Origin: Octopus vulgaris
Taxonomy: Eukaryota
DNA length: 64,000 nucleotides
Direction: 5' to 3'
Assembly: GCA_951406725.2 (NCBI GenBank)
Contig: OX597814.1
Location: 120,280,001 to 120,344,000 of the forward strand
The notes under the pieces: generated by a model
Databases searched by the model: none
Told to the model about the DNA's origin: nothing
Seen by the model: only the letters and a program-made list of their open reading frames with translations
Shown: in pieces, positions 54,903-64,000 of the stretch
How the letters are laid out: each line of letters begins with the position of its first letter
Numbering within the stretch: position 1 is the stretch's first letter
Program-made: the position numbers and the translations under genes

Positions 54903-55209
54903 AAGATAAAATATGTTAGAATATTCACAGAGATTCTTTAAATTCCTGTATTTTTAAACTTATTAAAAACTTAATCTGGTCCATATATTTCTCTGATTTT
55001 CGAAAATTGAGATATGAAGAGGTAGAACTATGCCGCAAATTCCAAATATTCATTTGTCTAAATTTTTAGAGAGAACATGGCTCAAATATTCTCTTGTAGT
55101 TCAAATATTCTCTTGTCTAACTTTTTATGCATATATATATATATATATTTATAAACCCACACACACACATATATAAACATAATTTCTCTATTTATTGATG
55201 AAGTTACAT
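54759..55209. repeat. ~90-bp inverted duplication (54759-54849 vs 55123-55209)
   Basis: atgtaacttcatcaataaatagagaaattatgtttata.. vs ..tataaacataatttctctatttattgatgaagttacat. Confidence 0.88.
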
Positions 55210-55250
55210 TATTTTTGATAATCTGTTATAATCGATCATATTCGTTTCAG

Positions 55251-55266
55251 ATATATCTTACCGGAG
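55251..55266 (+). other. Candidate 16-nt micro-exon
   Basis: ttcgtttcag|ATATATCTTACCGGAG|gtaagt; consensus acceptor and donor. Confidence 0.22.
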
Positions 55267-55589
55267 GTAAGTAAACTTGTCTGTAGTATACCGGATATGA
55301 AGTATCTCAGGACCAAACAACAATAGCAACAACGATGCCTGATATCAATTTAAAACCAAATGCCTTGAAATTGAACTTCTTTAGTTTCTAGTATATTGAA
55401 AATATGATTTTGATGACAGATTAGGCCAATGTTAGAAATACTTGGGTAATATTTCAGACTTATGAAATATTCTTTCGTTGCATAGTAATACAGAAGAGTA
55501 GAACTACCTTTCAGGTTCTGCCGACATTCATATTGTGACGGAATTATCTAATTTTCCATCATTCTAAACTGATATCGTAGTAAAAATTA

Positions 55590-55800
55590 TTTGCCAACAT
55601 TACATGGCAGTCCTGGTTTAGGACAATGGTTACTGTAATTTAACCCCAGGACACATCATCTCCAGCTGGCTATACTACACGATCTGTGTCCTTATATTTT
55701 CGAACAAAGGAATCTTGCACCCCAACTCAGCTCAAAACAATATCTGTGTATCGCGATTTCCGGGTTATTTCCCTTCATCAGCACAGAATAATAGTTCGGC
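55590..55800 (-). mobile_element. Divergent family H1 copy
   Basis: Minus strand ggacacaga..tagccagctggag..cctggggttaaattacagtaa matches the block downstream of the HHR in the 22275 and 24822 copies. Confidence 0.72.
55743..55787 (-). ncRNA. Minimal type I hammerhead ribozyme, intact core
   Basis: Minus strand: TCTGTG-CTGATGA-AGGG(aaataa)CCCG-GAAA-T(cgcg)A-TA-CACAGA. Palindromic stem III ATCGCGAT, AUA triplet, A.G at the base of stem II. Confidence 0.85.
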
Positions 55801-55959
55801 CGATATGGTTTTGATTTTTTTTCTTCATTTGAAAGCATGTCCGTTTACATTGTTTCAACAGAACAAAGACACACATTTGTCATAAAAGATAGTAATAAAA
55901 TGTTAAAAGGAACATTTAATTTTATAAATCTGTAAAAAACTGAAGTAAACAAGTAGTGA

Positions 55960-56071
<112 letters not shown>

Positions 56072-56615
56072 AGAAAATCATTTATGATTACATAAATTGT
56101 TTTGATTTTTCAAAATAATGCACGTTCAGTGCAATGTTTCCACACTTAACATAATCACCGGATAAAACAAATAAGTGCCAACGGTTAGAACGTGCTTAAA
56201 TTGAAATACATTTCACAAATGCTTGTTATATGTTTCGCGGAACCAATTGAGCAATTCCAGAGATATAATACAGAAGAGAAACCAACAAAAGTAAGTTATG
56301 TAATTATTTTATAATGAAAGAATTAATTCCCGGTTTTGATGTAACTTTGAAATTATTGGTTCAAGTATACTGATGTTGTACCAGTGGTTGTTGACGGCGC
56401 TCCAGCTGCTACGTTTGAATTTGTATAATATTCTAATTTGCGTTCAATTTGATTAAGCTTCGTTTAGCGTTAATTATTGTCAACTGATTGAATAATTTTT
56501 AGTTCCTGGCAGTATAATTAATCGAATCTTAGGAATTGAAAGTATTGTACAAAATATGTCAGAAATGTCGAATAGTTGCAGTAATTACAATTAGAAAGAT
56601 TTGACAAAAGAGTGA

Positions 56616-56711
<96 letters not shown>

Positions 56712-57547
56712 ATGTCTATATATCCATTCAATACAAATCATTATATTATAAACATGGATACTGAACTGTGCTGAAGAATTCTCATTTATATATTACAGAA
56801 GCACGCAGTTTGATCGACCTTCGTTCGGAAAACGATTCAATCAATATTCATTAGTTACAGTACAACCTTAAATAACGATTTATCATATGCTGTTCATTAA
56901 ATCAGAAAATAGAATCACTTATTTGATTATCGTAAATACCTATAGAATTTCTAAGAAAATGGCAGATCCAAATCTACAAGAAAGGTGTCATGAAATAAAA
57001 ATGGCTTAAATTAGCCGATGACCACAAACTTAATTTTCGTTGGTCTGAAAAAATACAAATCAAGTTGGTGCAATATGCAAATGGCAGACAAGAAACCAGG
57101 CACATAACATTTTAAAATAAAATGACTGTTAATGTGTTTAATCTGATATGAAAAATAAGCAGTCTATTCAAATATAAAGTTAAGTAGATATTCGCTATAC
57201 GAATATAAAATCAAACAAAGCAGGGGGAAAAAGCAGTGTCTACAACGGAATTTTACACAATGAATTGACCATTAGAATATGAAGTGATAATAAGTAAACG
57301 TAACTAGAGTCTAAAGCGACGAATATTATCAATGTAAAAGCGGGAAACTATAGCTACTTATTCCTACATGGAGGTACGACTTAAAATCCTGGTATTTATG
57401 TGTGCCCGCGTGTTTGTAGTATATATCTGTGGTAATGGTGGTGTCTTTTTTTAAATATATATACATACCTACATACACACACACATACACACACGCGCAC
57501 ACGCACACGCACACACACACACGCACACACACACGTACGTACACACA

Positions 57548-57588
<41 letters not shown>

Positions 57589-57689
57589 GCCAAAAGAAAA
57601 TAGAGGAGATACAAAAATGACATACATCAGCGGGTAGACATTCTATTATATATATATATTATGTAATTTTTGTATCCCTCCATTTCCGT

Positions 57690-59500
57690 ATAAATTAGGG
57701 GTAAACCACTTTTTACCCCCGGCCTTATATGACGCTCGATTGCGAAATTGCCACGCAATAACCTTAACTCATTATGTCTTTTGATGTGGTTTTTAAACCA
57801 GCCGTTGTATTGAGAAGACACCCACATACATTGCATATCTGATTTCAACAATTAGGAGCTGTATTTACGTTTTGAAGTTTGTGCATCTTAAAGTGTCTCT
57901 TCAGGTCTCCGTAAGATTTGCAGACCTTATTAGCTTACACGGGATTGAAAGGTGTGCACATATATATATGCAGAATGGTTGGTGGAGGTTCTTTCTTCGT
58001 GGATCCGTACTTCAGACAGAACAGCTTTGCTTATTAAAAGTTGTTTGGTATATCCCCACACCGCCTTCTTTCCACCAGCCTGTTCATCTGTTACAATGAT
58101 GTTCGACTCACAATTGTCCTGGAGGAATTGGTTGAGGCACCTTGTGTATAGTTTGTATATAATGTTTCGGCAAGCAAGGGTATGCAGTTTCCTGTCATTT
58201 CGGTGATTTAATTTTTTGCAACAAGATTTGTCCTTCCTCTAACACACCAATTTGGTATATCAGTCTGACCTTCCATAGTCCTTTTGAATATACATATCAA
58301 CTGATTTCTGAAAAATGTCAGCTTCTTGTACGAATATCCAACTATTAGGTCGCTTCGAGGTGCCTTCCCATTCTGCAGTTTGCCTAATACTATAACGAAG
58401 GTTTCTGACTCAATTTTGTATGTTTTAATGTTAGTGTTGGTACAGTATTGTCTCTCAATTTTATTTTACCATGATGCATTTAGTTTGAAATCCCTCTTTC
58501 CGTTCCAGATTTTTTACCAGAACGATTGTAGATCTTCTTGGGAGGGAGCTTTCTTAATGATAATGTTTTCCTTCCTCATCTCTCTTTGTAATACTTGTGG
58601 GTTGGAAGCAAACTTGCAATTGTTACTGGCTCGTTCAAAACTTCGCATGCGACAGTGCAATTTCTCGCTCATCGTCCTAAGTTCATGTTTTAAAGTGATA
58701 AGCTTTCCATCAAAAGCTCGGTGTGAAGATTGCCATAAGGTTTCATTAATTTTTGTTTAAGGTAGAGTTGGTAAGGTGTCACCACATTTTTCTCCTTACA
58801 TTTAATTGCTGTAGTTAACCATCCGATATGGCGGCGCACGTTGTTGATGTTTTCTTGAAGTATTGTTTTCCATCTATTTTGTCTCCATTATGTAATTTCG
58901 TTACTTTCTTCACTGTAGATTTTTCCTAAGTGTTCTTTAAGAGTAATAGCGACTGTGTATATAAGAGTATTTATATAACTTCACATGATTCCATGTGCCC
59001 TCTAGTAAGAGCGTTGTTAACTTAAAACATTAGATCGGTCGGTTTTTTTCTCAATTTTGTTGGGAGACTAGCAAAATTTGTTGCGAATTGTAATTTTAAA
59101 ATGTTTTGAGTTGGATGCATTCCATAGATTTTGCTACTGTGTCAGCTAACTTTGGAGACTCACTTGAATTTAGAGATGTTTAGTTTACATTATATTCTAG
59201 GCTACTTTTGGCAGCATTTGGCCCATTCTCAGTGTTTGGAAGGATCGAGGTTCAGTTGATTTGATTTTTTTTTTATAAAAGATGTTTGTTGTCGGAGCTA
59301 TTTCGCCGTGAAGGTATTTAAGTTGGTTTGAGATTCGTGCCAGTATTGTTTTAACCGCTTCATGTATCTGACTGAAGGGTCATCTCGGGCTTTTTGATAG
59401 CACCGAAGTAAATCTTGGTTTAGTCGTTCAGTCTAAGTGAAATGAGAAGTGTACGTACGTCTTCTTAAATAACTTACTGGTGAAGTTGTTCTGTTTTCAT
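57690..59500 (-). mobile_element. Heavily decayed R4-like RLE LINE (pre-RT and RT region)
   Basis: Manual translation of about 57990-58370: GKAPRSDLIVGYSYKKL..IPNWCVRGRTNLVAKN..LYKLYTRCLNQFL..EQAGGKKAVWGYTKQLLISKAV; IRPGVK near 57715. The 5' boundary is uncertain. Confidence 0.7.
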
Positions 59501-60496
59501 CGGTGGCGACGTTGTTAGTTTCATCTGTAGTGGTGTTAGTTTCAACTATATTCGTGTTAGCGAGATTTCACGCTGTGTAGGCGTATATCTTTAAATTGTA
59601 TAGCAATTGTATATCTCCATTTTCTATTCATTTTTATGGATTTAATATATACCCATGTGATTTGTAAGGCTTTTCTCTACGAATATGAATATTTAACAGT
59701 GAAGCCAGTGAAAGATTAATGTTTTCATACCTATTCTCCTTCTATATGCTTTAATTATAAATATATAGTATGTGTGTGTGTGTGCGTGTGTGTGTGTGTG
59801 TGTGTGTTTGCATGAGTATATAGACACATAGTTGTGTGTTGGTGCGGGCCATTGTGAACATATATGCGTGTGAGTTTTGAGCTATTATAAAACTCTATTT
59901 TAAACTTTCGCGTAAATTCTTATAACAAATATACTTTCGAGAGAAGAACGAAAGGACAATTGGACAATTTGGATGGCCACTGGCGTAAGAATAAAAATTA
60001 TTGAATGGACCCAATGTAGTACATATTATAGATCGAGAAATAGAGAATGATTTTATAGGACAGCATCATTTAGCAAGCAGCAAGAATAAGTAATCAATGC
60101 AGAACATTATATGCAGCTTATCTAAAACGAGTGTTGGTAATGCGTATGACGGTTCGTCAGTGCAGACTGTAGAGGAGCGATCTTGCATTAAACTTCAAAA
60201 CCAGGTGCAAATGGTAGATGAATCTTAGAAGCAAACGACATGCATTTCGCTTTGTTTTCATATAAGACAAAGAGAAATGCATTGTAATAAAAAAAAACAT
60301 TGTTCACTTGGATTTCTCATGTATCAACATGTTTTTAATGAGGAAGGTTATATGTCATGGATATATTTCCTCTTGAATATTAGAGAGACCTGATTCGTGC
60401 GCATTAAAAGATATGACCGTGTGTTTTTGTTTGACTTCATTATTACAATTCATATTGCACAGACACATACATATATGCATATTTATATACACACAC

Positions 60497-60589
<93 letters not shown>

Positions 60590-60594
60590 TACTA

Positions 60595-60970
60595 TTTTAC
60601 TTGTTTCAATAATTTGACTGTAGCCATGCTGGAGCACGGCCTTTAGTCGAGCAAATCGACCCGAGGACTTATTCTTTGTAAGCCTAGTACTTATTCTATC
60701 GGTCTCTTTTGCCGAACCGCTAAGTTACGGGGACGTAAACACATCATTATCTGTTGTCAAGCGATGTTGGGGATGGGACAAACACAGACACACAAACATA
60801 CACTCACACACATACATATGTATATATACATATATATGACGGGGTTCTTTCAGTTTCCGTCTACAAAATCACTCACAAGGCTTCAGTCCGGCCGAGGCTA
60901 TAGTAGAAGACACTTGCCGAAGGTGCCACGCAGTTGGTAAGCAGTTACTTACCACACAACCACTACAACG

Positions 60971-60972
<2 letters not shown>
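60595..60972 (-). mobile_element. Near full-length SINE family A (head partly deleted)
   Basis: Homologous to 41924-42312 and 3516-3640. Confidence 0.9.
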
Positions 60973-61022
<50 letters not shown>

Positions 61023-61026
<4 letters not shown>

Positions 61027-61433
61027 AAAAGCAATAAAGATTCAAGTTAATTTAAATGAATTTACTTGAATATGGTACCTAACTTAGATGCACCAAAAAA
61101 AACCATACTGTTTTAACAATACAGTAATGTGGGGTGATTATAAGCGAGAAAGAAGCAACAAGAATGGATAGGTTTTTAGTACAATCGTTTCATACAAGGA
61201 CAGGCTTTATTAAAAGTTGCAAAAATTGGAAATCTGTTTATGTTACTTAATTATCTACATTACTTCATGAGTATAGCCTCAACCACTAGGATGTCTAGAG
61301 AACTCACATGTATTTTAGCTGATGAGTACGGGACACGTTTATATGCTGTAATTTTTGCAACTTTTAATAAAGCCTGTCCTTGTATGAAACGATTGTACTA
61401 AAAACCTATCCATTCTTGTTGCTTCTTTCTCGC
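61023..61433. mobile_element. Short family H2 HHR element with perfect 84-bp inverted repeats and a one-sided tail, in (TA)n
   Basis: 61144-61227 is the exact reverse complement of 61350-61433. Tail 61023-61143 is homologous to 50820-50918. Confidence 0.87.
61313..61403 (+). ncRNA. Type I hammerhead ribozyme with long stem II, intact core
   Basis: TTTTAG-CTGATGA-GTACGGGACA-[loop]-TGTCCTTGTAT-GAAA-C(gatt)G-TA-CTAAAA. G.U closes stem II; GUA cleavage after 61397. Confidence 0.85.
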
Positions 61434-61467
<34 letters not shown>

Positions 61468-61470
<3 letters not shown>

Positions 61471-61622
61471 TACAAGGTGTGTTATGAGCATTTATAGAAC
61501 ACGTATCCTATAGAAACTCAACAAACAATTAAAGATGGAGAACACCTAATCTCCATCTTAATTGTTTATTGAGTTTCTATAGGATACGTGTTCTATAAAT
61601 GCTCATAATTCACCTTATACTT
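61468..61622. repeat. Near-perfect hairpin, ~74-bp arms, 8-nt loop, at the edge of a (TA)n-flanked segment
   Basis: ..ttatgagcatttatagaacacgtatcctatagaaactcaa..agatggaga[acacctaa]tctccatct..ttgagtttctataggatacgtgttctataaatgctcataa.. Confidence 0.9.
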
Positions 61623-61779
61623 GTAACATTTTCATATTCGAAACATAGTTACAACAGTAAGCTACCAATGAAATATGATGAATCGTTATTAGCAATCGTC
61701 CTTTGGAATCCCAGAAAATAAAGGATGAAATAAACTCAACCTTTTCTCATATATATATATATATACATACACACATATG

Positions 61780-61864
<85 letters not shown>

Positions 61865-62134
61865 ATAAAATTAGTTAATTAATTAATTATTTATAATTTT
61901 ACCAAGTTGTTCGGTATGTTAAAAGAACCATTATCGGTAAACTTATACAAAAATTATGTAATTATGAGTATATTTATAATTTGGGTTCAACAAAATTTGC
62001 TTCACCACATGCCGAAATTTAGACATAGAAGTTAAACTACTATTTTACAACCTTAAGATATCTCCCAGACAGCAATACTCAATAAATCACGCAGGTAAAA
62101 AGAAAAAAATACCGAATCTCCTCGACTCTGATTA

Positions 62135-62217
62135 ACTGTATACGCGTTTCGGAGTTAGAGAGAAGTGAAAAATGTAAAATCATATTTCTACTCACTCATT
62201 CTCCTCATTAGTACAGT
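62135..62217 (-). ncRNA. Decayed type I hammerhead (core CTAATGA, G5->A) in a (TA)n-flanked element (~61860-62570)
   Basis: Minus strand: ACTGTA-CTAATGA-GGAG-[~46 nt]-CTCC-GAAA-CGCG-TA-TACAGT. Palindromic ACGCGT stem III. Confidence 0.75.
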
Positions 62218-62564
62218 ATTTCAAGATTGTAAATTTCAGAGCACTGATAATTAACATACGTATTTGACCAAAAGTCATCATACAGCATATATCCAAAGAC
62301 CAGTACTTCCGAATTCAAACAGACAATTTGTACACATAGATTAGTAAACAGAGAGAAGACATGCTAAAAAGGGAAGTTAAAATCCAAACCTGAAAACAGA
62401 ACGTGGTTTGGGGTGTAACTGCCCTTTTCAGCATGTAAGAAATCACGTCAAGTGTCTTCGCTCTGTGCATAAATCTTTATACGCTCAAATATATATACAT
62501 GCCTCTTATTACGCATGCGAACCACTGTCAATAAATTAATTTTATTTTTTACCCACACATTTCC

Positions 62565-62626
<62 letters not shown>

Positions 62627-63772
62627 CACGGTACGTAAGGTATTTGAGGACAGATTTATGTTTATAAAAACAGATATATGAGTATATTAAAAATTCTGAG
62701 GATTAAAATAAACATTCTTTTCTATAATGTTTTTCAATAAAGCCCCCATCATCTTCAACAGCTGTTTCTATATGAGATCTAAATCACCTACATGCTCGAA
62801 TCAAGGGTCCTGGTTCACTTTGGACATTACTCTGACTATGGCAGCTTTTAAAGTAACTTTGGTGTAATGGGCTTGTTCATGTACATTTCTCCGCATGTAA
62901 TGATCTATTGGACTGAGGTTTGGAGAATTAGGAGGCCAAGTGTTATAGCTACGTGATCGTGAACATTTCTAACCATCAATTCCTGTGTCAATAGAGCCAT
63001 ACTGCAGAGTGTATCTATCCAGAGTTTAAAAATTCTTTCCAGGACCACAACGTAGGCGACGGTGTTAACCTTATGCCTTGTGGAAAGAAGTAAGGGGGGC
63101 ATCACATGTCCTTCATTGCTGACAACCCTTTAAACCATGACAGTTGCAGGAAATGTTATGTGCATAACACTTGGTACTTCAGGGAGGTCTGCACATAGCC
63201 ATCTGTCATTTCTTCTGGTAACTTTGCGAACTTAGTCGAAATTTGTGCTGTTTGAGAAAATCAAATCAAATCTTTTGCTGGATTTTTAGTTTAAGAACAT
63301 TTTAGATCTGATGTAGTGATTTTCTTTTGCTTTTACTGACAAATTGACCTTCCCTCATCATATAAGACTTATATCTGACTGTTCCTTCTGACACATGGAG
63401 ATATTTTGCAATTGACCTCATTGACTTCTAGAATTGTAATCAATGGCCGTTTGAACTTCCTGGATAAATTCAAGTGTTCTGGTGATTTCAGAGCATTTAG
63501 AATGCATTTTATGCTATGATACTGGTGATACGTTTCCGTCTTCAGTCTCTAACTCCTTATAAACTCTGTAAGAACGAGCAACATTTAAAAATCGAGATAT
63601 TTCTAAATCGTTATGCTCAGCCTTTAAAACCACAATAACAGCATTCCTCTTCATTTCTTGAATAAACTGAGGGTCCACAATTATTATTTTCTGAAACAAA
63701 GACTATATAGATTTAGCAAGAAATGCAGTAGTGACCCCAAAAGTTATGTCCTCAAATAAATTACGCACCCTG
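62627..63772 (-). mobile_element. Tc1/mariner transposon relic with both TIRs and TA target duplication
   Basis: Left TA|cacggtacgtaaggtatttgaggaca vs right reverse complement TA|cagggtgcgtaatttatttgaggaca. Remnants QEMKRNAVIVVLKAEHNDLEISRFLNVARS and GHVMPP. Same family as 7900-8870. Confidence 0.9.
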
Positions 63773-63778
63773 TATATA

Positions 63779-64000
63779 GGTGCAGGAGTGGTTGTGTGGT
63801 AAGAAGCTTTCCAACCACATGGTTCCGGGTTCAGTCTCACATTGTAGCATATTAGACACATATCTTCTACTAAGACATGTGAGTGGATCTAGTAGGAGGA
63901 AACAATCAGAAGGCCGCGAATATAGGCAAATATATATGTGTTGTGCGTGTATGTGTGTTCGCGTGTGTGTATGTGTGTGTATGTGTGTTTCTGTTTGATT
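63779..64000 (+). mobile_element. SINE family A, 5' part (runs off window)
   Basis: ggtgcaggagtggttgtgtggtaagaagctt..ccacatggttccgggttcagtc. Confidence 0.8.

Overview
This is AT-rich eukaryotic (metazoan) DNA, dense in (TA)n/(CA)n/(AAT)n microsatellites and tRNA-derived SINEs. The repeat landscape looks like an octopus/cephalopod genome (inference from recognised repeat types, not a search). Most ORFs in the track are microsatellite artefacts. Recognisable content: an intact tRNA-Gly(GCC) sequence, two Tc1/mariner relics, a CR1-group LINE RT fragment, four R4/Dong-like RLE-LINE fragments (three beside trinucleotide microsatellites), a decayed hAT transposase, at least three SINE families and a few weak candidate exons. 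The main signal is a set of small non-coding elements, mostly at (TA)n tracts, that carry type I hammerhead ribozymes (HHR). Four have an intact CUGANGA/GAAA core (22440+, 49977-, 55743-, 61313+) and several are decayed. Their minimal stem III stays palindromic while its sequence changes. They show Penelope-like inverted terminal repeats, and one copy is terminally redundant and circularly permuted (353-nt unit), as expected of a retrozyme/circular-RNA intermediate. Second, the tRNA-Gly is fused to a SINE 3' half, and the whole unit sits between 7-bp direct repeats.
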